This document shows positions 37,825-50,731 of a DNA stretch of 64,000 nucleotides, piece after piece (within the stretch, counting starts at the first letter, position 1; the number at the start of each line of letters is the position of its first letter). The stretch comes from Lepidodermella squamata (Eukaryota > Animalia > Gastrotricha), in contig JBLDXI010000024.1 in NCBI GenBank assembly GCA_047495785.1, forward strand, positions 496,001-560,000. The letters run 5' to 3'. The position numbers and the translations under genes are program-made. Under the pieces are notes generated by a model that was given only the letters and a program-made list of their open reading frames with translations, made no database searches and was not told where the DNA came from.

Positions 37825-38556
37825 ATGAATCATCTCACAAAAGCCCCTTCTTATGTTTATCGCTTTCTTAACGTAAAACGTTTTGCAAACATTTCGAATA
37901 TTCGCATGCATTCGGAGAAGAGCGGGGAACCTTTTTCATGCTGGAGTTGCAGCTCTCCGTTTGACTGTTCTGCATTTTTCTGCTCTTCATGTGGGACTTT
38001 ACAGCCAATCGTTCAAAAGGATGGCTCGTTCAATTATTACTCGGTATTTGGATTGAAACAGTCTTTCGATATTAACACACAAAAATTATCAACCCAATTC
38101 AAAGACCTGCAGCGCATGCTGCATCCTGATAAATTTGGTCGACGATCTGACGAGGAGAAAAAGATGTCAGAGCAGTGTTCAACTGTTGTTAACGAAGCTT
38201 ATACCACACTTTTGGATCCTATCAAACGCGCTCTGCATCTTCTGCAACTCGCCGGTGTGCCTGTGGATGAAAAAAGTTTATCGACGACGGCCTCTTCTGA
38301 TCAGAGCTTTTTGATGACTATTATGGATCTTAATGAAGAGTTGGAAGCTGTTGGCAACGCTTCAGACCTCGAGAAGCTGGATAAAAATGTGTCCCTACTT
38401 TTAGAAAACACTATAGCTAAACTGAGTGGGCACTTTGCTAGGAATCCTCCGAACCTAGATGGAGCTAAGGCTGCCCTTATTCAAGCTCGATACTTGTCCA
38501 ATGTGAAAGAAAAGATTAGGGAAATGCGGATGAAGTATGTCTTATCTCAGAGTTAG
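37825..38556 (+). CDS. HSCB: Fe-S cluster co-chaperone HSC20/HscB (single exon)
   Basis: Basic transit-peptide-like N-terminus, CWSC...FFCSSC zinc site, J-domain (NYYSVFG...LQRMLHPDKF...VNEAYTTLLDPIKRA) and FLMTIMDLNEEL C-domain. Confidence 0.93.
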   Translation: MNHLTKAPSYVYRFLNVKRFANISNIRMHSEKSGEPFSCWSCSSPFDCSAFFCSSCGTLQPIVQKDGSFNYYSVFGLKQSFDINTQKLSTQFKDLQRMLHPDKFGRRSDEEKKMSEQCSTVVNEAYTTLLDPIKRALHLLQLAGVPVDEKSLSTTASSDQSFLMTIMDLNEELEAVGNASDLEKLDKNVSLLLENTIAKLSGHFARNPPNLDGAKAALIQARYLSNVKEKIREMRMKYVLSQS

Positions 38557-39399
38557 AAAATGTTTGGTTGAAATTACTGTGGGCAGCATACCTATGAGAC
38601 GCCGTTTTTATGATTCGTTACTTACTGTTGACTGATTGATTGACTAATCGCGGTGATGTGGAAATAAAAATCGACCTGGATGTCGCTTATAATTATTCAG
38701 TCCAAAGCGTTTTTTCTGTCAGCTTGTGTTGGAAGTCCAAGTGTAGGTCCTGGAAACATTAGCGAAAATGTATCATTTGAAATTGGAGTAAATAAACCGT
38801 GGCTCTAATCACGGAAAGGTCAAGCCCTGGAATGGAATAAGTGCTAAAGTTAAAGGTAAATGCGCGGTATTAGCGTTTATGTTAATCTCATCTTCAGCAG
38901 TAGGTATATTTACAATACATTTTATTGTTAAGTACCCTTGCAGCCAAATGACTACATCTTCTCGAAGCCTTTACCAACTGATAACTTAGCTAGGTTGCTG
39001 GTATTATTGCTGCGGAATCCGAAGTTTACTTTGGCTTGAACTAACTTATTCGAGCCGAGGAGCCGGAGCTTTCAAGTCAGTTTCATGCACCACTTCACCT
39101 GTTTGATGAATCAATAAAAGTTATTTGAAGATGCCACGCGCTAACAGTTCAGAACTTTTGACAAGCAAATCATAGTTGGAACTAGATAAAATCTGCCATA
39201 ACTTCCTCAAACAAAATGTCCTCTTTCGATTGAGGGGTGGTATATCAACTCCATATCCTCATTCCTCTAATACACTGTTCGAATTAGGAGCCATGTCATT
39301 TATTATTTTCAAATGCCTAGAGAGGACAGTTAAAGGGCTCACTGAGAAACCTTCAGGAAGTAACTCCAAATCATCGGAACTTACATCGTACCATTTTTA

Positions 39400-41685
39400 T
39401 CTGAAACCATCGGAACCATCGGAATAAATATTTCGCTATTGAAAATGCATTATTTCATCGGAAAAGCTTTATTGATTCATAGTAAGTTCGTACCAGCAAA
39501 TTCGTACCGTGATTCATTCGTAACGTGATATTTTCAGATAGAGTAAATTCGTATCAATTCATATTCGTATCGAAGGTGGTGACCTTTTCTTAACAAAAAT
39601 TAATGCCCGATTAAAATTTCGAAAATGGTGATCTTTTCGTAACAAGCGTAAATAAAAGTAAAAATTGGTGATCGATTCATAACAACAACACGTTAACGCG
39701 CGATAATACGATTGATGCGTGAAATGAATTAATGTAGCTAGTCATTCTTCACTTTTGGTGTTTTATTCGCAACAAGATGCTTTGCACAGTTTGCAATAAA
39801 ACTTTTAAAAATGAACGCGGCCTTAAGATTCACACTGGTAAAGTTCACACAGGCCAGACTGAGTTGGACGCTGTCGACGCTACAACTGTTTCATCTGCGG
39901 CAAGTGTTACCTACAACAACTCAACTATCGCCGACTTGTTCCACGAAATTCTTCCACGCCTAACAATTCATTCATTGTGCCTGATTCATCGTTACCCGCA
40001 ATAGCAAGCGTGGCTATATCTAGCCAGCTTCCTGTGGCACCATCCGCACCTCCGTTACCTGACTACGACTGGCAACAGTGGCAACAAGATAAATAAGAAG
40101 GTTAAAGTCCCACACCCGCATGTGTGGCGATTTTGTAACGTCATTTTGGAGCTGGAATCGGAAACTCGAGCTGCGATAAACCAGATTAGCGCAAAGAACT
40201 TCAAAGCGCCAGTAAAGCGGGTTTACCAACGGCTCAATGAGCGTTTCTGAGCTTATTGGAAGGACTTGGCTGACGGGCGCATGGGTTTCATGACATTTTT
40301 GGACGCTGCATCGCATCTCCTTTCCGAGTTAAAGGAAAAGAAACCGCCGGTTGATCGTCTTGGCCTCGATGACGAAGAAGGCGTGCCACTTGACCTGGTC
40401 GTTGTAGATGGCGAAGAAGTTGAGTCAAGCAAGGAAGAGCAGGGCCAAGAGTAATTACTGTGTTCATTATGATTTGATTCTATCTGTTACTAGCTTTCAC
40501 CTCTGAGATGTTCTCATATTGACAGATTGATTAAAAGCGTTACGAATCGATCACTCTTTTGGTTTAATTTGTTACGAAAAGATCACGAAATTAATTCAAA
40601 AATAATTATTTTAATTTGAAATTTTGTTACGAAAAGATCACGAAATTAGTTACGAAAAGGTACTTAGTTTGTTACGAAATGTCCCGTTACGAATTTGCGA
40701 GTACGAACTTACTATTCACCGCTTTATTTCAATATCAGTATATTCCGACACTTTAAGATGCTGATTTCCGATGAATAATTAGACAGCTGTTTCCACATTT
40801 CAACACCGGCGCGTCTTTCGAGTTGTTAGCCCGTTGTTTCCTTCCGTTATTGTTTCCTTCGACGACAGAAACAAAGCTGATGAGTTTGACACGACCTCGA
40901 CCTCGGCTACTGACAGTTTCGTCAACAGATATCGATGTGACTAAAACCACGCGTTGGCTCAGCAACACAGGTTCAGCATGGGCTGGAACCTGAACCGAAC
41001 CACGGCCATGCCCACGACCACGTTTTGGCTCAGCAACCAAAGGTTAAGAAACCTCAGGTTCAGCTTGGACTGGAACCAGAGCCGTACCACGAACACGGCT
41101 AACCCCACGAACTCCGATGCGACCAACATTAGCCCGAATCTCAAGCCCATCTCAAGCCCGAAACACGTGATAATAGCCGTCGTGATGTAACCAGCGCCGT
41201 CTGACGTGACTGCGATTGGCAAGTACAGGGGCGTACATTTTTCAGCCCTCTGAAAATCACCTCGTAGGCCCGTCCGTTTTCGTTGCTGGCAACAGCGAGA
41301 ATGATCAGGTTGCGATCTGACGAACCGCCAATGAACGCATCGACTTAGAAGCACTTGGCCACAGCTAGCAAATTGAGAAGAAAATTGCAAGAAATCACCA
41401 CGGTCCAAAAATGCTGGCTGCTCGTCGATTTCATAATCGATCATCAACGTCATCGACGATTTAGGGGTCCTCCTCATCCTCATCAGCGGTTTCAAAAAAG
41501 AATTTATCGGCTTCTACTTCTGCCTCGTAATCTTCGGTGTAATTTCGCAAAACTTCCATTTGTTTTCAATAAAGCAATCCTGAAATCTGAAATATGACCA
41601 CTAAACCTATACCTATAGAACCCCTTTTCCGATGAAATAATGCATGTTTTCGATTCCGATGGTTTAATGCGAATTCAGAAAAGTG
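39400..41685. mobile_element. Older degenerate inverted-repeat element hosting the MULE insertion (boundaries approximate)
   Basis: Perfect 22-bp inverted pair ATGCATTATTTCATCGGAAAAG (39445-39466) / CTTTTCCGATGAAATAATGCAT (41624-41645), plus a shared AAACCATCGGAA motif. GC-richer decayed ORFs lie inside. No clear TSD. Confidence 0.5.
39474..40720 (+). mobile_element. Internally deleted Mutator-like (MULE) element with C2H2 finger and transposase C-terminal remnant
   Basis: TIR ATAGTAAGTTCGTACCAGCAAATTCGTA / TACGAATTTGCGAGTACGAACTTACTATTCACC. 8-bp TSD GCTTTATT at 39466-39473 and 40721-40728. ORF 39777 reads CTVCNKTFKNERGLKIHTGKVH. The downstream frame NKINKKVKVPHPHVWRFCNVILELESE...YQRLNERF*AYW...FLDAASH resembles the MULE transposase C-terminus. 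Confidence 0.75.
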
Positions 41686-42041
41686 GGTCGGCAAAATTGT
41701 TATACTGAATCAAATAAAATCAGCCTCAAGTAGAATCGTTCAAGTATGAATTATCGTTCATCATTCATGATTCAAATGGCTTCAAACGTTTTTTGCACAA
41801 TATGAATTGTTTGCATTCTGGCCCGATGTGATTCCTTAATTCGCGTTTCGTTATTAAAGTGAAATTCCATCGCGGCTCGAGTTTCGCTGTCGCGCTATTC
41901 AGTTATTTGATCTATCAGGCCGTGATATTCTATTGCCTGTCGCGGCCGCCTTAAGTTTGCCTGTTGAGCATTATCCCACGGCTGATCGCTATTCGCAAGC
42001 ACAGCACTGCCGAGTGGCCTACGGCCTACTGCGCTGACATA

Positions 42042-45000
42042 CAGGGTGTTCTTTTTAAAACCGAACATCCGCCGCGCGCGTTGGAAAATCGCGTGCTACC
42101 GCAAATTTTTATGCACAAAATTAAATATCCTTTTAAAAATATTTTTATTTTATTATATTAATAATTTTTTTTAAATAAAAATTTTGTTGCTACGGAAAAG
42201 CGTGCTGCGCGATGCCGCGCGTTTTCGCGTTGTAGCCGCTCCGTGCACCGCAAGTTCCCCGGCGCGCAACTTCATCCCCGTAATTCCGCATTTTATCACC
42301 GGTGACGACACCTTTGTTAGTGTTTTTCTGATAGCATTTCAAGCATTTAATAAGGCAGCCGGCGTCATTTTTTCTAAATATGGCTCAATTAGACGTATGC
42401 GCTAAGCCTAAACAAGCCATTTTTATGCCGTTTTTCGCAGATCTTAAGCGTTTAACCCCGGAAACTTTCACCTAAGTGCGGTTATACCTTGCGGAAACAG
42501 TGTTTCTAAGTACAGTAATGTATTCTCTACAAGACTACCACAGCCGTTTTTGTAGGATGATGGTTATTTTTAGCACGTCTGCCCTAACAGCCAGCCGGTC
42601 TTTCAGAGCATAGATCTCATTATCACCATCTTCAAGGAGGTCTATGCCTTCAAATCACCCGTCAAAAACACTGTCTCTCATTGTTTTCTTGTAAAGCTGA
42701 GTAAATACTACTTAGTTACCGTTACTTTTTGGAGGGTCACCGCGGTTTTTCACTTGCTGCTGCTATGGATGCATTCTGTCGATAAATGGAGTTTTTCGGG
42801 ATATTCGGAACATTTACAATGTTAGCAAACAATTCAGCGGTCAAATGGGGGCTCAAATGAGTGAATTCACTAGGAGACATAAATACTTTGACAATGAAAC
42901 AAGAAAAACTCGGTGTTGCCATACTAACTCGTGAGCAGGAGGGGCTTCCTTCTGCCATACCTGCTGTGTTAGATCTCATCCTCTGGACAGATGAACGATC
43001 TTCAAGATGGTCCATGTCATGAATTTTGCTTAATTAGCATTGTTACTCATTGTTTTCAGGTAGAATAGAGTGTAAATTTCTTAGTTACCATGTCTTTTTG
43101 GGGGGTCACCGTGGTTTTTCTCGTTTTACGGCTAAGGATGCATTTAGACGTTAAAATGGAGTTATTCGGGTTTATCGGAACATTTATTGATGCTGGGAAA
43201 TAATCAACGGTCAGATATGGGTAAAATTGGGTGATTTTGCTTTGACTATATCAATATGACGACAAAGCAGAAAAAAGCTAGTGTTGCCGCCGTAATTCGA
43301 GCGCAGGATCGACTTTCGTCTGCCCTACACACTCTGGTTAGACGTCATCATTGAGTCAGATCAGCAACCTTAAGGATAGCTCATTTCATGAAATAATCTG
43401 GTAAGAACAATCTTTCTCATGGTTTTCTTGTAGAATAAACTGTATATTTCTTAGTTACCATTACTTTTAGGTTGGACAACGCGGTTTTCCGCTTTAAGTG
43501 GCTTAGCATGCATTTTTCGGGTTTTTTCGGGTTTTTCGGGATATTTTTGGTCGTAGCAAATAATTTAGCGGTTAAATTTTGGCCAACATAAGTGAACTTG
43601 CTAAGAGAAGATGTCAGTTTGACAATAAAGCAGAAAAATGCTGGTGTTGCCGCCCTAACTCGAGCGCTGGGTCGGCTTTCTGATACCATACCATCCTTGT
43701 TAGAGGACGTTTCAACGCGTTGTAGCCGCAATCCTTCGTGATTTATGGGGCCATATGACATCGATGCATGAATTTTAGGCATTGTGTGAATATATAGCTT
43801 CAATCGTGTTAAAATTCTGCAAAAGACTTTACCCGTTGACACATTTCAGCCGATGCTACTGGTTTTCAGCGGCCGCATTAGGGCTAAGGTTTGAAATCGT
43901 TTGTTTTCGCTTATTCTTCTATTTCTCCGGGAAATTCAGCGGGTGGGGCGCGTTATATTATTGTGATTTATTGCGCTTGAAGTTACATCAATCAAATAGT
44001 TTACCACTAAAATATTCAAGAAACGTAAAATCTATGCGAGAATGCTGGACTGTTCTTACCGGACGCGTAGAATCAGAGATCAAAGGGATGCATATAAAAG
44101 ACAAAGACTGGCGTGGTGTTAAACTTGCTTTGTTACCGCAGTCTCACAAACAGTTACACCCGCCCGCAACTGCGGTTACCGCAGGGAAATGGATGACAGG
44201 ACACGGGCATCACCACGGAATATTCCCGCCGCTTCCCTGCGCCGCCGCAAACGAGTGATCAATGTCTGAATAAGATCTCGGTTATCAGTCCTAAGCGTTG
44301 TCTCAGTCATCGTCTGTTTTCAAATCTCCGGCGGATCCAGTGATACCAATGAATTTTTCGCCGGAAATGATGCTAAATTCTCACTCTTAACGACTCACGC
44401 CGCGCGCCGGATGCTGCCAATGATGTTAAAGTTTACATGACGTTTTGTTAAACAACACTCAACTTGATCTGAATGGTGCAAATAAACGGCTGTTCATAGC
44501 CTAGCGATGTTGATTTTCCATGCTATGGATGTTAAGGATGCATTTATGAGTAAAAGAGATGCTAAGCGCTCTCTTTGCTTGATAGCAATCTTGCTATAAG
44601 GAATTCCTTACTAAGGATGTCCTTACTAAGCAAGACATCCTTAGCAAGATGGCTTCCAAGTAAGGACGCGGTGTCACTGGTATGCTTGGTAGGAATGGCT
44701 TACTCAACAATCCTTACTCAGACTTCGCCGCTTCAGACTGAGCTTCAGGCTAAATCATCGTAATCTAAAATACCTTGTATTTTTTCTTTTTGATATTATG
44801 AACATGTTCTACGAGTCAGCTTTGATGATAACGGTGGTAACGCCTTTGAGATCAGCTTTAATTAGTCTATAGAAGTTAGTTACGGCTTCACTGCGGACGA
44901 CGAAGTATCACACAAGGATGAGAGAGCATCAAGGATAAAGAAGGAAGGCAACGTCTCTTCCGCATCAGCAACATCTATGCCAGTAAATTCGACATGTTTA

Positions 45001-45611
45001 CCTCCAGCTTTCCGTTTATTTACATGATACCTTTTCATCGTGAAACAGCTAGTTGCATTGCATTTCGCCCAGAAAAGGGTGCGTTTCTCTGATCCGCGGA
45101 CTGAAACTTGAGCGACAAGTTTTCAAGGCCGCTTGTTATATCATTAGACTCCTCAAGACAGCAGAAAACCACGTTGCACCGCCGTCTTCTTGATTCCAGC
45201 GGTGGATTTCAACGGCAAGGAAGCGCAATTTAAGGCTCTTTTCACCGATTTTGGGTATACCACATTGCGAAAACTGAGACCGAATAAGAAAAAACGGCGC
45301 GGCTATAACATTTAGCTCGCTTAACTGACTTGAATGATGCGCGGCAAGGAGCCGCGCGCTTGCCGGTTACCTTAGGAACCAGGCGCGAAAACCCTGATTT
45401 CAGGCGTTTTAACCGCTAAAATTAAAAAACCGACGCGTCGACGTGGCAACGCGCGCTAAAATTCAAGGGCATCGTGCAATTGAAAATAAAATTAAAAATT
45501 TATATTAAAAGTGATAAAAAATTATTTTAGTAAAATTATTTTCGTAAAATAGCCGGCAAATTTATTTTTCGCGACTACGGCAGGATGTTCGGTTTTAAAA
45601 AGAACACCCTG
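42042..45611. mobile_element. Non-autonomous Tc1/mariner-type element (3,570 bp) with TA TSD
   Basis: Perfect 29-bp TIR CAGGGTGTTCTTTTTAAAACCGAACATCC at 42042-42070 and 45583-45611, flanked by TA (42040-42041 and 45612-45613). No DDE transposase is recognisable. Confidence 0.88.
42676..43780 (+). repeat. Three degenerate tandem ~369-bp units inside the mariner-type element
   Basis: Anchor CTTAGTTACC at 42711, 43080 and 43450. Shared blocks GGTCACCGCGGTTTTTC, GATGCATT and GTGTTGCC...AACTCG. Confidence 0.8.
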
Positions 45612-46422
45612 TACTCTGCGGCCAAAAAAGCGCCACTGAACCCGCAGACAGCGCAGTCAACTTCGACTACATCAAAGCCACCGCCACAACTTCAAAATCG
45701 CCAGATCTTCGCCTAACGCTTAGCCGCCAACATACTCATGAACCATCCCGTGACAAACATTTCACAACGGGTGGGCACGTGCTCAATTGTACGAAATGTT
45801 CGACTTCGGCTGGTTCGGGCACTGCAACAGCTACTTCCACCACAACACCGACTACTAAAACAACTGCAATGCCGTGGATACAACGCACACAACACCGTTG
45901 GCAAATCGAAAGCACGTCATCCCTGCCTGCGAAACCACCCATAATCGCTTCACCACGAACAATAACCGGACCATCACCGTCTAGCTCCGACGAAGATAAT
46001 CGAGATGCGGTTTTTTCTATCGACTAGACATGTTATATAACACCAGATAACAGATAAAAAGTCGGTGAGATAAGGGAAGTACCGTTCCGCAGACTTGAAT
46101 GCCTAGAAACCTTGGAAACTTGCAAATCGATCATTTTCTACTGCAGCAAATAAATGTTTCAAAAAGAGAAAGTAATATAATTTAATATCAGTTATAAAAT
46201 ATTTTAAATGAAATTGTGTTAAATGAATATTTTCATTATTAATTTTTTTGGCACACAAAAGACAAAGAAACAGAGGGCTCCAGCATTTTCCACGATTACG
46301 TCTGCACTGCATTATTCAGCTGTTGTGCTTTACGGATTTTGAATCCTTCCTGAAACGCCTAAACATCTAGGCTAAATTTATCTGTTACATAAGTGATTTA
46401 ATTCTGAAACTGGAAACTGGAT

Positions 46423-48091
46423 ATGTCGATCAACACGTTGCAAATGAACCTTTCTGCGCTGCAACGCCAAGACCGGAATATTACGGCCATAGTCGAAACC
46501 AGTCCCCAAGTGACTCTTTACAGTTTTGATGGCTCTCTGAAGCAATGGGTGGGTAACATCGTCCGCGATAGTTTACATGTTATTTACTAATATCTACATC
46601 AAATTTCTTTAGAAGCAGACAGAAATTGAGGGTTCTCTGTTTATCTGCGAGAGGTCTATTGATCCGAATTGTTGCCTCATCATCCTCAACAAAAAAGATC
46701 CAAGAAATCATAAAGAAACGGTTTCTAAGTCTTTGGAAATTCAAGTGCAGGAAAAGTTTCTGCTCTACAAATCTTCCCGTAAGCGGCTTTGGTTTATACC
46801 ATTGGATAATTTATGAATGATTACTGATATAATTTACAGACCATGGTGTGAGTGCCGTTTATGGCTTGTGGTTTTACGATGAAAAAGAATGCAACCGAGT
46901 CGCATCATTCTTAAACAAGTACTTTCTTGGTCATTTATGTACGCAGTAATACATTTGACTTTCTTCATCATTAAGAACAATCGATGCTATGGAGTCGAAG
47001 ATGAAAACACCTTCAAAGCGAATGTCCTCTGGCGTCCGAGAGAATATTTCTCCTTCAGTTCAAAATTCTAGCTCAAAACCAGTTGCTCAAAGAAATGGTC
47101 AATCTAGCATTTTAACGCTGTTGTCTCAAGCCCAGCAGCGCTACGAAGAGGATAGAAAGCGTCAACATTCTCCGACGAGTCAGTCTTCACCTCCGCAGGA
47201 AACGGTTTCCGCAAGCAAATCAATGTATTCTGGTGTTAATGCTAATCAAAGCGCCCCGGTGATTCAAATTAGCAATGGCAATGGGAAATCGTTCAAATTG
47301 TTGCAAAGTAAATTTCAGTTGATTAATTTACTTATTGTTGATGTTGTTATTTGTTTAGACCCTAAGCAGTCTCCTGAAATCGAGAAAGCTGACTCAGTTG
47401 TGCCTTCCGCCACCACTGTCATCTCGTCAGTCGGAAGCTCATTCACGCCTTTTTCTCCTCTTTCCAACAGAATGTGTCCAACTCAGCCCGTAATTGACGT
47501 GAAAAGCTCGGCCACTGTGCATTCGCCCATGGCATCTGTTGAAGTATCGCCGACTTCAGCTATGGATTCGCCATTTACCCCTATAAAACCAGCCCTGTCG
47601 CCCAGTTCGTCTTCAACTAATCTTTCATTAACTTTCGCGTCGAATTTGCTTACCCCGGAGTTGTTAACAATGTCATTAGCGGATCAAGACAACCTGCTCA
47701 ATTTCCAAGCGACGCAAAATGGTGATGCATTGCTTTCGCCGGAAGCTATTCTTGGAAGTCAATCTCCCGTTTCGTCGATTGCAAGTCTGCCTTCTGTGAG
47801 CCATATGCCAATATCTGGCTTTGCTGTACCTGATGTACTCCTGTCTGAATCATGTGGTGCTATCAGTCCATCTGTTGGAACAAACGACGCGCCAGTCAGC
47901 CCTATTGGCGGGAATTTCTTATCCCGAGATCAGCTGCGCACAGCGTTGATTTCCTTAATTCAAGTAGGTTAAATTTCAGCGCTTATTATACAGCTATGAT
48001 ACCTTCTACTTTTACTTAGACGGATGATGATTTGGTCACCAAGCTTCATGAAGCATACATCAGGCGGTGTGTTTATTCATCAGCAGAATAA
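46423..48091 (+). CDS. DCP1: mRNA-decapping enzyme subunit DCP1, multi-exon
   Basis: EVH1 exons MNLSALQRQDRNITAIVETSPQVTLYSF...W|KQTEIEGSLFICER...|YGLWFYDEKEC, a Ser/Pro-rich middle, and the C-terminal trimerisation motif LSRDQLRTALISLIQ|TDDDLVTKLHEAY. Confidence 0.92.
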
Positions 48092-50731
48092 ACATTGCAC
48101 TATCTATCGATATCGTGACTGGCGATAATCCAAATGGTCTACTTATTTTGTTATTGGCGGTTGGAGCATGTGAAATGATATTCTTACCAGTGCGATCGCT
48201 CATTATATTGAAACCAACTTTTATTTCGATTTATAGTTTTCTTGCGCTTCTCACTTGTTCTTCGAATAACTATAATCACAATTAGTTTTAGTAACTCGTA
48301 ACAGACCTGCTAGGGTTTTAATCTCTCGTCGTTAAAAAAGTGCTAAAGCGCTGCGATCTTTGTTTTCCTTTTTAAAATACTTGGGCATTTTTTCCTTCGA
48401 CCTGTTACGATATGAGCCTATAGAAAAGATGATTATGGTAAAGAATGATCAATGCTATATTGACGTTTTGCACTGAAAGACTCGGGTGTTTGATTGAATG
48501 GTTCGGCTTCTTTTCTATGCGTCATGCACTTCCGATGCGGTGGTACCTTCCCTTGCAGTAAAGATTACTCAGCCATCCTCAAAGGTGGTGAGAAGTGCGT
48601 TCGTTAAAAGCGATCTCTTCTTGGCTTTCCGGAGCTATACTGTTGTTGCGACAAAAGAAGGCCGAACTAATGTTTCTCGAAACGGCATTTCCTTCTTTTA
48701 TTCGATCCCTTTTATAAATTTAGTGACTGCTTCGATGTGCCCCAATACAACCGTAACTATAATTTTTTACTAAATCGAATATGGGTTGTACGAACTTGAT
48801 TGAGACACAATTGCCGTAATTTGTTACATCAATCAATCAATCTCGTTATAAAATTGAAAACGGTTTATGGCTGTTCTATTTCAAGGCGGCTATTCATCTT
48901 TCAGTCACTTACACGATCATTTACTCTTACTCGTTTGACTTGATATAGCTACCTTTTCGTGTTTATGTAATGTTACACCATAGTGTTTACTCCTTGCCAA
49001 TTTTGGCAGTCTTGTCTCGTCAGGAGGAGTCTTTGTCGTTGACGTTCATGATTGTGCCGGGATTCATATAGTATAATATATGATATGATATGCAGTCTCG
49101 GCTTTATCTCTGCGTGATTTTCAGTAATCGTGCTCTTCTGGCCTGTGTTACATACTCTTCCATAATACGAAAAATTGCTGCGAAAGAAAAAAAGGAAATT
49201 GTTTTTTTTGAAATGGGTTGGAATATTTCGCAACATCGATGTGCAAATTGCTATTTGATCGTAACGATTATCTTCGTCACATTTATATATTCATATTAAA
49301 ATATTAATTGTCATATTATCAAATTATTACTCTGAGCTTGAAGTCTTCGCGTTGTTTTTTGTCTGTCCGTCTATGTTTTCTGACATTTCGTGCGTGACTA
49401 GATAACCTGCGCATACAAATTACCCGTCCTCCTCTAGTGAAAACGATGCTTCTATCATTATATTGGTATATTTGCACCAAAATGTATCATGATTCGAGAG
49501 AAAACTGTTGACATGCTTTGCCGTTATAAATTTGATGTCACAAAACATTTATCTTTTGTTGTTTAAGTTTTTGATTTTTATCTCTGTTGTACCACTCGCC
49601 CATACCCGAAAACAAAAGTGCACTTGATATTATTGATTACTATGATATAACTATTATTTCCGTATAACTATTCTCTATATATATGTATCATATATCTATA
49701 TTAAACCACGATTAATTTTGTTACTATCGCTGTTACATTCTGTTGCTATAGTCAGTCATCTCTCTCGTGTTCATCTCCTGCTTCTACGTTGTGATTGTTT
49801 CCGATTCGGTCACTGCGTAACAATTCGGATGCTATTGCCAATGTATAAACTAAAACCTGTCGAAAGTTGCAGTGATGTACATCTCTCTAATTTTTGATGC
49901 TGATTATAATGACTATGTTTTCGAGAGGAATGCCTATATTTGAACGAATCATCAAAGTGCGCTAGTAAATTCGTCTCTATTATCTTCGCTATTTGATGCA
50001 TACATGCTCCTGAGCGCTATTTACAAGGCCAAATTGTTTGGCAAAATCAGCTGAAAGTGCGCTGTGTATGATGAAATGACAGTGTATTCTCTACGAGCTA
50101 CCCTTTCTTTCAAATTGCGGTGAAAACGTTCTTAACTTTGGCGTACTGATGATTAGTGAGTAATAATTAATTTCTATATTCCCATCGGCTGAATTCTCGG
50201 CTGAGAGATCCTATGTTCATATGAGAATAATTATGATGGTTTTGAAGGTGTGCTTTTTCTGGCCGCCTGTTATGATTAATTATTTGATGAACGAGAGCCG
50301 AAAATGCCTCTATCGTAATTTAGGTAAGAAATAAAACACCGAGGAGCGTCAAAACTTGGCTTTTTATTTTGCTAACACCAGACCGACGAAATCATGTTGC
50401 AAAAATATTGGAATGGTGACATGGCATCCGTAGAGAAATCAGTATCCCGAATTTTAGCAGTAAATCAAACAGGAGAAAGACTGCATAAGCATGTTCAACA
50501 ACGATGGTGCCAGTTAATTTGTTTACTAACTTTACATAAAAATGCAGCCCAGTGAAAGTAGATATGGTTAAAACCGAAAAATAAATAATCGTGAAAAATT
50601 GATCCTCAAACAACAACAACTATTACCATGGTCAGTTACATCAGTAATTCAGACAAAAAACAGCTTCTTCCTTCTTGACCTCGATAAAGGTGAGAGGAAA
50701 GACTTCTGATTGCTATAAAAATCGTTACAAA

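Noticed and set aside
48100-50700. Short ORFs between the convergent DCP1 and CERK
   Set aside because: They are AT-rich, low-complexity peptides without motifs, most simply explained as long 3' UTRs or intergenic DNA.
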